Shown here one piece after another: positions 20,647 to 32,034 of a stretch of DNA of 64,000 nt. Both the position numbers and the translations under genes were made by a program. Each line of letters starts with the position of its first letter. Positions within the stretch are counted from its first letter, which is position 1. The notes under the pieces are model-generated. The model ran no database searches. It was not told the DNA's origin and saw only the letters and a program-made list of their open reading frames with translations. The DNA is from an uncultured Pseudomonadota bacterium (GTDB lineage: Bacteria > Oederibacteriota > Muellerivitia > Muellerivitales > Muellerivitaceae), in the NCBI GenBank assembly GCA_963843375.1, contig CAWJKT010000015.1:32001-96000 (forward strand), in the 5' to 3' direction.

Positions 20647-20876
20647 ATGTCCGATTTTTCGATGATAGGGAAATGGATCTGTTTTGACCGGGTTGGTTGT
20701 TGGTGGTGATCGGGGCCCTTATTTGGGCCACGGGAAAAATTCCATTTTTAGGGCGCCTTCCGGGCGACCTTCGATTCGAAGGACAAAACTTTAAGTTTTA
20801 TTTTCCATTGGCCACTTGTCTTTTGATCTCGGTTCTCGGTTCGTTATTACTCTGGATTTTTTCCAAGTTTAAATGA
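20647..20876 (+). CDS. DUF2905 family small membrane protein (frameshifted near the 5' end; missing from the ORF track)
   Basis: PFLGRLPGDLRFEGQNFKFYFPLATCLLISV motif; usual position upstream of spoIID/queA. Confidence 0.8.
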
Positions 20877-22082
20877 AAGCCATTCGCTTTTCTTTGCGCG
20901 CTTCTTTTTGTCCTGGAAGGTTGCGAGACCCCTATGGCTTATCAACCCCTCATCCGAGGCCGTTTCGAAAGCCAATATCCGAGAACCCCCTTCCGGAATC
21001 CACTGAAGTCCAAGGACGGTTCCCAACAAATTCGGGTGGCAATCGAAGTCCGCCAAAACTCAGTCCATTTGGTCGCTCCCGAGGAATTTATCCTCTCCGG
21101 ATTTCCCTGGGGAACTCCCGTTGTTTCAAAGGGAGAAAACCGTTATCGAGGAAATCACCCTGACTTCGGATCAATTGTACGCCCATAAGGCACTATATCG
21201 AACCGACGGGTGACGGGGAAATCAAGGTAAACGGCAAGAGTTTCAAGGGATCCATGGAAATCGTTGAGGAAACCAAAGGAACCCTCACGGTCATCAACCA
21301 GCTTTCCTTGGAGGAATATGTGATGGGGGTTTTGGCGGGGGAGATTCCGCGAAACTGGCCTTTAGAGGCTCTTAAGGCCCAAGCCATCGCCGCCCGAACC
21401 TTCGCGGTTTTGTATCGCTCGGAAGCCCGCCAAAAAGGCCAACCCTATGACTTGGAAAATACGGCTTTTTTCCAGCGGTATCAGGGATCGGAATTGGTGA
21501 ATGAAAATATCCAAAAAGCGGTTTTGGAAACGAAAGATGAAATTTTAACTTTTAACGGAAAACCGATTGAAGCCTTTTTTCACTCCAATTGCGGCGGACA
21601 CACTTCCGGTGCCCTGGGAGTATGGAGTCATGATCAGCCCTATTTAAAGCCCGTCTAATTGCCCTTTCGGGAACCAAGGGGAACATTTCCGTTGGAGAGC
21701 CGAAATTTCCATTCCGGACATGGTTCGGAAATTGAGAAGCGCGGGAGTGAAAATCGAAGACGTTGTGGGGATCGATATCATGTCCCGGGACGAAAGCAAT
21801 CGCATCCAGGAACTGACGATTACGGATGGGGACGGTTCATTGAAAAAAATGAAGGGCTCCGCTTTTCGAATGGCCCTGGGACCTGATTTGGTGCGTAGCA
21901 CCCGGTTCGATCCCAAGGTTGAGGGAAAAAAAGTTGTGTTTATCGGAAAGGGTTGGGGCCATGGAGTGGGGCTTTGCCAGGAAGGGGCCTATGGGATGGC
22001 CCTGAAGGGCTACGGCGCTTTTGACATTTTGAGATACTATTATCGGGGCGTCATCTTGGAAAAGATTAAAGGAATGGACTAG
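20873..22082 (+). CDS. SpoIID/LytB domain protein (frameshifted in this sequence)
   Basis: INQLSLEEYVMGVLAGE, EALKAQAIAARTF, FHSNCGGHT, GWGHGVGLCQEGA..MA across ORFs 21254 and 21720. Confidence 0.85.
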
Positions 22083-22136
22083 GATTTTCGGGTTAGTTAA
22101 CAAATGAAATATTGCAAAATCGCTCTAAGGATTTGA

Positions 22137-23174
22137 ATGAAAACAAGCCTATTTGACTATCCTCTACCGATGGAACGTATTGCCCAATGGCCCCTGGAAA
22201 AACGGGACGCTTCCCGGATGCTGGTATTGGACCGTAAAACGGGACGAGTGGAACATAGCTGGGTCAGGGATTTGTCGAAATGGCTTCTTCCGAGCGATTT
22301 GATGGTGGTCAACCGAACAAAAGTTTTCCCCGCCCGCCTTTTCGCCACCAAACCCGAAACGGGAGCTCTGTTAGAGGTTTTTTTATTGCGTCCGGCGATG
22401 GATTCTTCGACTGAGGAGTGGGAGGCTCTCGTCAGCCCCGCCAAGAGGATCAAGGGTGTCACCCTCCTGAAATTGAAACCCAAGGGAGAAGTGGCCGTTT
22501 TGGAATCCCTTGGTGAAGGTCACTTTATCGTTCGGTTAAACCGGGTTGGGAATGTGAAGAAATTCCTGGTCCAACACGGCCATATCCCGTTGCCCCCTTA
22601 TATCAAACGCAAGGATGATGCGTCCGACCGGGAAAGATACCAGACTCTTTTCGCCAAAAAAGAGGGTTCGGTGGCGGCCCCGACAGCGGGCCTACACTTC
22701 ACTCCGGCCCTCCTTTCAAGCCTCAAACAAAAAGGGATAAAACAATCTTCGGTTACTTTGCATGTGGGTTTGGGAACATTTCTCCCTGTTTCGGCCGACG
22801 ATCTGGAAGAACATATAATGCATCCCGAATGGTTTGAGGTTTCCGCCTCCACGGCCTCGACCATCCAAAAAACCAGGGCCCGCCATGGAAGGGTAGTGGC
22901 CATCGGAACCACGGTGGTGCGAGCCCTCGAGTCAGCCGCCCAGCCCGATGGAACATTCAAAACTGAAGCGGATGAAACAAGAATCTTTATTTCCCCGGGA
23001 TACCATTTCAAATCGGTGGATGTTCTATTCACCAATTTCCATCAGCCCAAGTCTACCCTGCTTATGCTGGTATCGGCTTTTGCCGGAAGGGAAAGGATTT
23101 TAGCCGCTTACGAAGAGGCTCTTCGGGAAGGCTATCGGTTTTTATCTTATGGCGACGCGATGCTGATCCTTTAA
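22137..23174 (+). CDS. queA: S-adenosylmethionine:tRNA ribosyltransferase-isomerase
   Basis: FDY.LP...IAQ, PLPPYIKR, SVAAPTAGLHFT, TNFHQPKSTL, SYGDAMLI. Confidence 0.97.
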   Translation: MKTSLFDYPLPMERIAQWPLEKRDASRMLVLDRKTGRVEHSWVRDLSKWLLPSDLMVVNRTKVFPARLFATKPETGALLEVFLLRPAMDSSTEEWEALVSPAKRIKGVTLLKLKPKGEVAVLESLGEGHFIVRLNRVGNVKKFLVQHGHIPLPPYIKRKDDASDRERYQTLFAKKEGSVAAPTAGLHFTPALLSSLKQKGIKQSSVTLHVGLGTFLPVSADDLEEHIMHPEWFEVSASTASTIQKTRARHGRVVAIGTTVVRALESAAQPDGTFKTEADETRIFISPGYHFKSVDVLFTNFHQPKSTLLMLVSAFAGRERILAAYEEALREGYRFLSYGDAMLIL

Positions 23175-23198
23175 AAGGTTGGGTTTCTAACACCGCCT

Positions 23199-23624
23199 TC
23201 ACTTTTTATTGACCATCCAGCTGGAAAAATCCCGTAGAAAATTTTTGAACCCATCCAGATGTTCGGGAGGAAATTGATATTTGGAATCGGCTTTCTCCAG
23301 GATCCTCATAAAACAATCCAACCAGGTTTGACGGGCCTTTTCGTCAATCGCAAACGGCAGATGGCGCGCCCGCATGCGGGGAGGGCCGTGATCAATCACG
23401 TAGAGGGGCGGCCCGCCCAAAACTTGGACGAAAAATTTAGCCGATTTGTGGGAGGCTTCCTTCATGTCGGGGGGAAACAAGGCTCGGATATCTGATTTTT
23501 CCAATTCCTGATAAAAATCATCAAGCATCGTAAAAATATTCTCTTCCCCCATCCGGGCGTAGATTTCCCGGCTAGGGCCCGTTTGCGGCGGTCCTCCGGG
23601 AGGGGTGTAAATATCGCGTTCCAT
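23199..23624 (-). CDS. Group 2 truncated hemoglobin
   Basis: DDFY, LFPPD, QVLGGPPLY, HGPPRMRARHLPFAID, WLDCF motifs. Confidence 0.88.
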   Translation of the reverse strand: MERDIYTPPGGPPQTGPSREIYARMGEENIFTMLDDFYQELEKSDIRALFPPDMKEASHKSAKFFVQVLGGPPLYVIDHGPPRMRARHLPFAIDEKARQTWLDCFMRILEKADSKYQFPPEHLDGFKNFLRDFSSWMVNKK

Positions 23625-23699
23625 GGGCTTATTTTACAATAGGGCTTCCGAAAATCCCTGTAAGATAATCGGGTTTCGGAACTACATTACGGATGAAAC

Positions 23700-25886
23700 A
23701 TGCGAATTAAAAAAGATAACCTGCACGACTTTATAACTTTGTCTTTTTTATTGGTTGTGTGGGCCTGGTTTTATCATCGGGTGCTTTTCGGTGGGAACAC
23801 CTTTGTTCTTGAAGATTCTTCCCGGTTTTTTTTCCCGCTCTGGAAATGGGGTTCGGAGGTTTGGCGAGATGGCTGGATACCGCTTTGGAACCCGGATGCA
23901 GGCTTTGGAACCCCTTACTTGGCGGACCCACAGATGGCGGTTTGGTATCCTCCGGTTTATCTTTTTTATCGTCTCTTTAATCCTGTTACCGCTTTTAATC
24001 TTCTTGTTTTAGGGCACCACCTTTTTGCCCTTTTGGGTTTTTACATTTTCGCCAGAATGAAAAATTTCTCTAGTGGGGTTGCCCTTAACGGAAGCCTTAT
24101 ATTTGGATTTTCATTTAATGCGGTCAGTTTGACCTGGGCTTCGCCCATGCTTTTCACTTATTCGTGGATTCCTTGGATCTTTATGGCGGTTCACGGCTTA
24201 AAGAGCCATCGAAAAGGTTGTTTTTTGTTTTCTGGTTTTGCTTTTGCCATGCAGCTTGCCGCGGGTTATCCCATTTTCTTTTATTTAACCCTACTCACTC
24301 TTTTGATTGAGTCCTTGTTTGAGAAAAAGGATGGAAGAACCTGGAAAAGAGAAATTTTCATGGGTTTGGGTGCTTTGACCATCGCCTTGTTTTATAACGC
24401 TGCCTGGTTATTGCCGTTCAAGGAATTTATTCCTTATAGTAATTTGACCCAGCGAACATCTTTTTTCGGATCCCTTGCCTGGGACGACTTGGCTAGTTGG
24501 TTAAATCCGTTTCTCAAGGGTCATCCCCTTTATTCCCATCCTGACTCCCCTTATTCCGTGAGCGTTTTTTTCGCGGGTTTGCCCTTGTTGGTTTTTATGA
24601 TTTGGGGTATTTCCAATCGAAAGGTCAAACCAGCCCTTGTCTTTGTTTTTTTGGTGATTCTTGTTTTAAGTTTAGGGGAGACCGCACTTTTGGGGGGGTG
24701 GCTAAAAAGGCTTTTACCAGGTTATTCACTTGTAGTGAGGTCGGGATATTGGATACCTTTTGCGATTTGGGCAGCTTTAAGGGTTTTTTTGGAGGCATTG
24801 GCGGAACTTAATTTTCTTCAGGAAAAAAATTCCACTCAAATAACCCGGTTTTGGATATTGTTTGTGCTTTTGATTTATGGAGCGGCTCTAATTTCGGGGG
24901 TGCCTTGGGATTTGGGATCCTTTTGGATTTCTTTTTGCTTCTTATTGCCGGTAGGGTTATTTTGGCCTTTCTCACACAACCTTCGGCCCATTTTATTAAC
25001 CTTTGCCATTCTGTTTTCCCTTTTTCCCGTGGCCCGGAATATGAATTTCACGATGGATAGGTCCTATTACGAGAAGAGCCCTCCGATTTTGTCTGAAATG
25101 ACCCTGCCGGGGCGCATCTATCAATCGTCCAGATGGGTAGACTCGCTTAAAACTATTTCGGGCCAAAGCGTTGCGGATGCTTATGAGAATTTAAAGAAGG
25201 CTATTCCCCCCGACAGCCCTTTGGGCTGGGACAAAGAGGAAGTTTCATTCGCCAACTCCTTGTTTTTGAAGTCTTTTTTGAGATGGTATTTATGGACGGA
25301 TCACACCGATGAAAAAACCGGGCTTCGGCTTTTGAATTTTCTCAACGTCAGGTACCGGGTTGGATCTTTGTCTTTTTCAGCTTTCGAGGTATCGAAGGAA
25401 ACGGAAAACCCCGCCCCATTGATTGAGAATACAAACTTGCTTCCCAAATGGTTTTCGGTCGCAAAAGCGCTCCCGGCACCGGGGGAAACGGACGTTGAAA
25501 AAGGTATCCTGAATCCATCCTTTGATTTCGAAAATGAATGCTTTATCGCGGATGCATCCAATGCGGGCTTCTATCATCATCGCTCCGTGGAGGAGAGAGA
25601 AAGAAGAGCGGGAAGCGTTCATTTAAAAGCTTCCGGCAAGGGAAGGGGATTGTTGATTTCAAGCGAGATGGCCTATCCAGGTTGGCGGGCGAATGTTGAT
25701 GGAAAAGACCGGGCGGTTGAGCTGATTAACCAGGCATTTCGAGGAGTCGTCTTGGCCGATGGCGAAGATGAGGTTGATTTCCACTATGTCCCCATCAGTT
25801 TTCGCCTTGGCTGTTTCCTTTCCTTGTGTATTTGCGGTATGTGGTTTGGAGCCATATTGAGAATTTTGAGGGGTCTGCATGCATGA
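23700..25886 (+). CDS. YfhO family multi-TM membrane protein (GT-C fold glycosyltransferase-like)
   Basis: PLWNP..GFGTP.LADPQ..YPP at the N-terminus; SEMAYPGWRANVDG..N.AFRGV..G...V.F.Y.P at the C-terminus. Confidence 0.8.
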   Translation: MRIKKDNLHDFITLSFLLVVWAWFYHRVLFGGNTFVLEDSSRFFFPLWKWGSEVWRDGWIPLWNPDAGFGTPYLADPQMAVWYPPVYLFYRLFNPVTAFNLLVLGHHLFALLGFYIFARMKNFSSGVALNGSLIFGFSFNAVSLTWASPMLFTYSWIPWIFMAVHGLKSHRKGCFLFSGFAFAMQLAAGYPIFFYLTLLTLLIESLFEKKDGRTWKREIFMGLGALTIALFYNAAWLLPFKEFIPYSNLTQRTSFFGSLAWDDLASWLNPFLKGHPLYSHPDSPYSVSVFFAGLPLLVFMIWGISNRKVKPALVFVFLVILVLSLGETALLGGWLKRLLPGYSLVVRSGYWIPFAIWAALRVFLEALAELNFLQEKNSTQITRFWILFVLLIYGAALISGVPWDLGSFWISFCFLLPVGLFWPFSHNLRPILLTFAILFSLFPVARNMNFTMDRSYYEKSPPILSEMTLPGRIYQSSRWVDSLKTISGQSVADAYENLKKAIPPDSPLGWDKEEVSFANSLFLKSFLRWYLWTDHTDEKTGLRLLNFLNVRYRVGSLSFSAFEVSKETENPAPLIENTNLLPKWFSVAKALPAPGETDVEKGILNPSFDFENECFIADASNAGFYHHRSVEERERRAGSVHLKASGKGRGLLISSEMAYPGWRANVDGKDRAVELINQAFRGVVLADGEDEVDFHYVPISFRLGCFLSLCICGMWFGAILRILRGLHA

Positions 25887-27021
25887 TTTCAAAGTAACGG
25901 CGAGGGATCACAAAACTTCTGCAAGGACAGGGGTCCTGAAGTTAACCCATGGGGAGATTCAGACTCCATGTTACATGCCGGTGGGTACCCAAGCTTCAGT
26001 CAAGGCGCTCTCTCCTGAGGATGTCCTGGCTTGCGGTTCGGAAATACTCCTCGCCAACACCTATCATTTGATGTTGAGGCCAGGCGCGGCCCTTATTGAA
26101 AAAGCGGGGGGACTTCACGCCTTCATGCATTGGGATAAACCGATTTTGACGGACAGCGGGGGGTTCCAGGTTTTCAGTTTGGCCGACTTGCGCCAAATCA
26201 CCGAGGAGGGGGTCAGCTTTCAATCGCACTTGGACGGCAGCAAATGGCAAATGACCCCCGAATCCGCTACTGGTCTCCAGCACCTGATCGGAGCCGATAT
26301 TGTCATGGCCTTCGATGAGTGCATTCCTTATCCCTCTGCGGAAGAGTACGTTGAAAAATCCGTTGAACGGACGACTCGGTGGGCGGTCCGTTGTCTTGAA
26401 ACTCACCGCAAAGCCGGTAAGGAAGGTTCCCAATCGCTTTATGGAATTGTCCAGGGTTCGAACTTTCCCCGCCTGCGGGAGAAAAGCGCGAAACAACTCC
26501 TCGCTTTGGATTTTCCCGGTTATGCCATTGGCGGGGTTTCGGTCGGGGAACCTAAAGAAGTCATTTACGGTGTGGTGGAAAAAACAGCGCCCTATCTTCC
26601 GGAAGAGAAACCCCGCTATCTGATGGGCGTGGGGACCCCGGAAGATCTTTGGGAATGCGTCGAAAGGGGAATGGATTTATTCGATTGTGTCATGCCCACC
26701 CGGATCGCGCGGAATGGAACGGCCCTCACCCGAAAGGGAAGGGTGATATTAAAAAACGCCCAATATGTCGAAGACTTTTCACCCTTGGACCCTCGATGCG
26801 GTTGTGAGTGTTGTCGATTTTATTCCAAGGCCTACCTGCGCCATCTTTTCATGGCAGAGGAATTATTAGTTCTGCGGCTGGTCAGCCTTCATAATCTTCA
26901 GTTCATGACCGATGTCACGAAGATGATCCGGCAGGCCGTTCAAAGAGGGAATTTTACTGAAGCCAAGAACCAATTCATGGAGGATTATTTTGGGTTTCCC
27001 CCCAAGTCGCGGCCCACTTGA
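25879..27021 (+). CDS. tgt: Queuine tRNA-ribosyltransferase
   Basis: MPVGTQ, NTYHL, TDSGGFQVFSL, DCVMPTR, CGCECC zinc site. Confidence 0.97.
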   Translation: MHDFKVTARDHKTSARTGVLKLTHGEIQTPCYMPVGTQASVKALSPEDVLACGSEILLANTYHLMLRPGAALIEKAGGLHAFMHWDKPILTDSGGFQVFSLADLRQITEEGVSFQSHLDGSKWQMTPESATGLQHLIGADIVMAFDECIPYPSAEEYVEKSVERTTRWAVRCLETHRKAGKEGSQSLYGIVQGSNFPRLREKSAKQLLALDFPGYAIGGVSVGEPKEVIYGVVEKTAPYLPEEKPRYLMGVGTPEDLWECVERGMDLFDCVMPTRIARNGTALTRKGRVILKNAQYVEDFSPLDPRCGCECCRFYSKAYLRHLFMAEELLVLRLVSLHNLQFMTDVTKMIRQAVQRGNFTEAKNQFMEDYFGFPPKSRPT

Positions 27022-27055
27022 TTGATTTTCCATGAGTCAGCCGGTAAGTTGAGCG

Positions 27056-27085
27056 TTGCGGCTGCTCTTGGCCCCCGCGTATAAT
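27056..27085 (+). promoter_or_regulatory. Probable sigma70 promoter of accA
   Basis: TTGCGG-N18-TATAAT, upstream of an AGGAAGGA RBS. Confidence 0.5.
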
Positions 27086-27115
27086 GTGCCTCCAAGAAAA
27101 GGAAGGATTTATAAT

Positions 27116-27976
27116 TTGAAAAACCATAAAACGACGCTTTCCTCCAAAGGTAAAAAATCCAAGGTCGATAATGGCGTTTTAACGTCATGGAAAAAGGTCC
27201 AACTGGCTCGGCATCCCCAGCGGCCCTTTGCCCTGGATTACATCCAGAGGATTTTCACTGATTTCCAGGAAATCCATGGGGATCGAGTCTTTGGCGATGA
27301 CCATGCCATTGTGGCGGGGTCCGCCTTCCTAGGGGATCAGCCCGTTTTCACCCTTGGGCAGCAAAAGGGAAGAGACACAAAAGAAAACATAATACGAAAC
27401 TTTGGAATGCCCAATCCGGAAGGTTACCGCAAGGCCCTGAGGATCTTGAAATTGGCCGAGAAGTTCAAAAAGCCCCTGATTACTTTTATTGATACGCCAG
27501 GTGCCTATCCAGGTTTGGGGGGCGAGGAAAGGGGCCAGTCCGAAGCCATCGCACGAAATCTCCTCGAAATGGCCAAACTGAGGGTTCCAATTGTGGCGGT
27601 GGTGACAGGCGAAGGGGGCAGTGGCGGCGCTCTTGGGATTGGGGTCGCCAATAAGATTTTGATCCTTGAAAACTCGGTTTATTCCGTAATTTCTCCTGAG
27701 GGCTGCGCAGCCATCCTCTGGAACGACCGGGCCCGCATGCAGGAAGCAGCCGAGGCGATGAAGATGACGGCCCCCGATCTACTTGAGCTTAAAATTGTTG
27801 ATGAGATCGTTCCCGAACCGGTTGGAGGAGCCCACCTCAATCATGATTTAGCCGCGCAAAACCTCAAAAAGGCTCTGGAAAAGAACCTGAAACAACTATT
27901 GGCTTTGTCCCCGACCGCCTTGGAAGCCCAACGATATGAAAAGTTCCGCGCTATGGGAGTTTTCCAAGATAAGTAG
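27116..27976 (+). CDS. accA: Acetyl-CoA carboxylase carboxyltransferase subunit alpha
   Basis: [56 protein letters not shown] 27116 follows the RBS. Confidence 0.95.
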   Translation: MKNHKTTLSSKGKKSKVDNGVLTSWKKVQLARHPQRPFALDYIQRIFTDFQEIHGDRVFGDDHAIVAGSAFLGDQPVFTLGQQKGRDTKENIIRNFGMPNPEGYRKALRILKLAEKFKKPLITFIDTPGAYPGLGGEERGQSEAIARNLLEMAKLRVPIVAVVTGEGGSGGALGIGVANKILILENSVYSVISPEGCAAILWNDRARMQEAAEAMKMTAPDLLELKIVDEIVPEPVGGAHLNHDLAAQNLKKALEKNLKQLLALSPTALEAQRYEKFRAMGVFQDK

Positions 27977-28014
27977 CCCCCTGGTTTAAAATTCTTTCTT
28001 AAAAAGGTTTTTCC

Positions 28015-28728
28015 TTGGAGTTTAAGATATTTTTCAAATTAATGTTTCTAGGGTGGCTCCTTTCCATATTTTTAATTCCGACTCGGGGTTCAGCCAAAGC
28101 CTTGGTGGTGTTGGACGCGGCTCACGGAGGAAACGATTCGGGGGTCAAGGCCGGTTCGGAGGTGGAAAAAGAATGGAACTATAAGTTTGCCCAATCCCTT
28201 GAAAAAGCCATACAGGGATTAGGCTTCGAGGTTCTGGAAGTCCGAAAAAAAGACGAGACCATCTCACAGGAAAAGCGGGCCGAAATAATCAATACTTCCC
28301 AGGCCTCCGCCGTGATCGTGATCCACGCGGACAGGGAATGGACGGGAACCCAAAAAGGGCCCCTGATCGTCGTGGAACCCCCGACCCAGGGAAATGAATT
28401 TACGGACATATCCCGGTGGGGTGCCATTACCCCTTCCCATTACCGTTCCAGCCTGAAATTGGCCCGGGACATCGCCGGACGGCTGGGGATTGGAATCGAG
28501 TTGTCCTCCCTCTCCGACAGCCGGGGCGTCATGGGCGAAACCACTTCCCCGTCGGGCCGGCTCTATTGCCTCCCGCACCAAAGTCTGAGGTATTTGAATT
28601 TACCCGCGGTGGTTATTACCCCGCTTTTTCTGTCCTCGTCCTCGGATCTTAAAAAGTTCTCCAGTGGCGAGGTCATGGCGGAGTTTTCCTCCAAGGTGGC
28701 CAAGGGGTTGGCGGATTTTTTGCAGTAA
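28015..28728 (+). CDS. N-acetylmuramoyl-L-alanine amidase (Amidase_3)-like exported protein
   Basis: LDAAHGG.DSG, EKEWN, RAEIIN, IHAD; the catalytic Glu position reads PAVVITPLF. Confidence 0.75.
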   Translation: MEFKIFFKLMFLGWLLSIFLIPTRGSAKALVVLDAAHGGNDSGVKAGSEVEKEWNYKFAQSLEKAIQGLGFEVLEVRKKDETISQEKRAEIINTSQASAVIVIHADREWTGTQKGPLIVVEPPTQGNEFTDISRWGAITPSHYRSSLKLARDIAGRLGIGIELSSLSDSRGVMGETTSPSGRLYCLPHQSLRYLNLPAVVITPLFLSSSSDLKKFSSGEVMAEFSSKVAKGLADFLQ

Positions 28729-28746
28729 GGAATTTCATCAAACGAT

Positions 28747-29346
28747 ATGAAAAACAACTTTTTTCCGAAAATTCTAGTCTCGGTGGTGATTCTCTGTGTT
28801 TCCATCGGGGGAATCGTTCTAGTCTTCCACTGGATTCGGTCAAAGCCGAAGATCGAGCCCGTTCATAACGCCACCCATTCACCCTTGTATGAACCGGGGG
28901 ACAGGCCTACCACGATTTTCTTGAAGGAAGTGGAGATGGAAAGCGGAAAGGCTATCAATGTCCCCGCGGTGATCCGTGAAAGTAAAATTCGGGCGAACCA
29001 AATGCAACAGGCGGTCCTGGCTTATTTGCTGGGCCCCCGAACGGGCCCGGTACAGGTGCCTGTACCCGATGGCGTGGCCTTGAACGAGTTCTATTTCACG
29101 CCCACGGGCGCGGCTGTCGTAGATTTGTCCATTGGCCAGGTACAAAAGGAAAAAGTCGGTTTTACCGACGAGTCCCTCTTTGTTCGGGGCTTGATCGAAA
29201 CCCTGTCCGGCAATTTTTTCGAGATCAAACAAGTGAAAGTCCTTGTGGATGGCCAGGACGCCCCGACGATCTTCGGCCATTATGCCTTGGGAACCTCGGA
29301 AGCTAGCAAGCCTGTATCGGTCCTCGCGGCCGGTCCAATCGATTAA
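28747..29346 (+). CDS. GerMN domain protein
   Basis: N-terminal [35 protein letters not shown]. Confidence 0.8.
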   Translation: MKNNFFPKILVSVVILCVSIGGIVLVFHWIRSKPKIEPVHNATHSPLYEPGDRPTTIFLKEVEMESGKAINVPAVIRESKIRANQMQQAVLAYLLGPRTGPVQVPVPDGVALNEFYFTPTGAAVVDLSIGQVQKEKVGFTDESLFVRGLIETLSGNFFEIKQVKVLVDGQDAPTIFGHYALGTSEASKPVSVLAAGPID

Positions 29347-29362
29347 AACGAAAGAACTCAAA

Positions 29363-32028
29363 ATGGAAAATCCAATCGAAACATCACTTCCCTCCGCTTA
29401 CGAACCCAAAAACGTCGAGGCCAGGTGGTACAAGCAATGGGAAGAATCAGGATTGTTCAAGGCCTCACAAACTTCTTCCAAACCGCCCTTTAGTATGGTC
29501 ATGCCCCCGCCCAATGTGACTGGGAGTCTTCATATGGGGCATGCCTTGAACGACACTCTTCAAGACTTGGTCGCCCGTTACAAACGCATGCAAGGTTTTA
29601 ATGTCCTGTGGCTTCCAGGGGTGGATCACGCGGGAATCGCCACCCAAAACGTGGTGGAAAGGGTTTTGAAAAAAGAAGGCAAAAGCCGGCATGATTTGGG
29701 GCGAGAAGCCTTTATCGAAAAGGTCTGGGCCTGGAAGGAAAAATACGGGGCCACAATCAACCAGCAAATCCGGAAAATGGGCGCTTCCTGCGACTGGACC
29801 CGCGAGCGGTTCACCCTGGATGAAGGCCTTTCCAAGGCCGTGCAGGAAGTCTTCATCACCCTTTACAACGAAAAACTGATTTACCAGGATTATTACCTGA
29901 TCAATTGGTGCCCCCGCTGTCAAACCGCCCTCTCGGATATCGAGGTGGAGCACAAGGCCGTCCAAGGTAATTTCTACCACATCCGTTATCCCTTCGCCCA
30001 TGACCCCGCCAACGGTTTGGAAGTGGCCACTACTAGGCCAGAAACTCTGCTGGGGGATACCGCAGTGGCCGTCCATCCCGGGGATGACCGTTATACGGGG
30101 TTGGAGGGTAAAAAGGTCAACCTGCCCCTAGTGAACCGGCAAATACCCATCATCGTGGATACCTATGTGGATAAGGAATTCGGAACGGGCGTGGTGAAGA
30201 TTACCCCGGCCCATGACTTCAACGATTTTCAGGTGGGAAATCGACACAAGCTTCCGCGCATTAACATCCTGAACCCGGACGGAACCCTTAATGAGAATGC
30301 GGGCTCCTACAAGGGAATGGATCGAACTGCGGCCCGCAAAAAGATAGTCGTCGACTTGGAGGCCCTGGGCCTTTTGCTGAAGGTGGAGCCCCACGAACAC
30401 AACGTGGGCCATTGTTACCGTTGCGGAACCATCGTTGAACCCTACTATTCCAAGCAATGGTTCGTGCGCATGAAACCCTTGGCAGAGACTGCCTTGAAGG
30501 CAGTGGCCGAGGGAAAAACCAAATTTGTCCCCGAAAATGTGGCGAGGAGAGTTTGAAAAATGGCTGAACAATATCCAGGATTGGTGCATCAGCCGCCAAA
30601 TCTGGTGGGGCCACCGGATTCCCGTCTATAACTGCCTCTCCTGCGGTCACCAAGTGGCCGCAGCTGATAAACCCGTTTCCTGCCCCAAGTGCAAAAGCAA
30701 CCAATGGGAACAGGACCCCGATGTGCTGGACACTTGGTTCTCCTCCGGCCTTTGGCCCTTTTCCACCCTGGGGTGGCCGGATAAGACCGGCAAAGATTTG
30801 AAAATCTTTTATCCCACCTCGGTTATGGTCACCAGTTGGGACATCCTTTTCTTTTGGGTGGCCCGCATGATGATGATGGGCCTGAAGTTCATGGGCGAGG
30901 TTCCTTTCCGGGAAGTCTATATGTATTCACTGGTTGCGGATGAGGACGGGAAAAAAATGAGCAAGTCCAAGGGAAACGTGGTGGACCCTCTTGAATTGAT
31001 CGAGAAATATGGAACCGACGCCCTTCGCTTTACCTTAACCAGCATCGAGACCAAACAGCGGTACGTGGCCCTGACGCCCCAAAAACTGGAATCTTCCCGG
31101 AATTTTGTGAACAAACTTTATAACGCCACCCGTTTCGTCTTAATGGGGCTTGGCGGACGGAACGGAAGCAGGGGGGCTGTTGAAAGCGGACTATCCCCAG
31201 CTGAAGCTGGAGGACCGTTGGATTCTTACCCGCCTTTCCCAGGTGGTGGGGGAAGTCACCCGGGATTACGAAAAATACCGGGTGGCGGAATTGTCCCAGA
31301 CCCTTTATCGGTTCGTTTGGAACGAATTTTGCGATTGGTACCTGGAATGCATCAAGCCTCGGCTTTATGCGGAAGCTAATTCTTCCGAAAAGAAACTCGC
31401 TGCTTCGGTTTTCGTGACGGTATTGAACGGAGTTTTACGGTTGTTGCATCCGGTGATGCCTTTCGTCACGGAGGAATTATGGCATAAACTGCCGGGCTCC
31501 TCCGAAACCATCATGAAAGCTGCCTGGCCCAAAGAAGGGGAATATCCCACCGATAATTCGTCCCTGGGGGCTTTTGCAACCCTGCAAGAAATCGTGACTG
31601 CAATCCGGACCAGCCGAAGTGAACTCAATGTGCCGCCCTCCGCCCACGTGATGGTTTCAACCCATGGAGATGGTGTGAAATTCGACCCGTCTTCGCAACA
31701 AGCCGCTTTATTGAAGACCTTGTGCAGGGTGAGTGTGATTTCCGAAACTTCCCAAAGACCGATCAAGTCCGCCTTGGCTGTTGTCAAAAGCGGAGAGATC
31801 TACATCCACTTGGAGGGTTTGATTGATTTGAAAGCGGAGGCGGTCAAACAACAAAAGGAACGGGAAAAGCTGGCCAAGTATTTCCGGGCCATCGAGGAGA
31901 AATTGAAAAACGAGCAATTCATGAAGAATGCCCCCGAGGAATTGGTTACGGGTGAAAAAGTCAAACTTCAGGAAACTCAGGACAAGATAACCCGAATCGA
32001 CAACAATCTAAAATTCTTAGAGAATTAG
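29363..32028 (+). CDS. valS: Valine--tRNA ligase (two frameshifts, probably sequence errors)
   Basis: [31 protein letters not shown]-terminal coiled coil. Extra bases in homopolymers near 30536 (AAAA) and 31146 (GGGG). Confidence 0.96.
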
Positions 32029-32034
32029 ACCTGC

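Noticed and set aside
23700..27021. YfhO-tgt coupling as a queuosine glycosylation system
   Set aside because: GT-C enzymes act on the outer face of the membrane with lipid-linked donors, which does not fit cytoplasmic tRNA.
30525..31160. Programmed frameshifting or pseudogenisation of valS
   Set aside because: Essential gene, intact motifs, one extra base in homopolymers, and many similar indels nearby point to sequence error.
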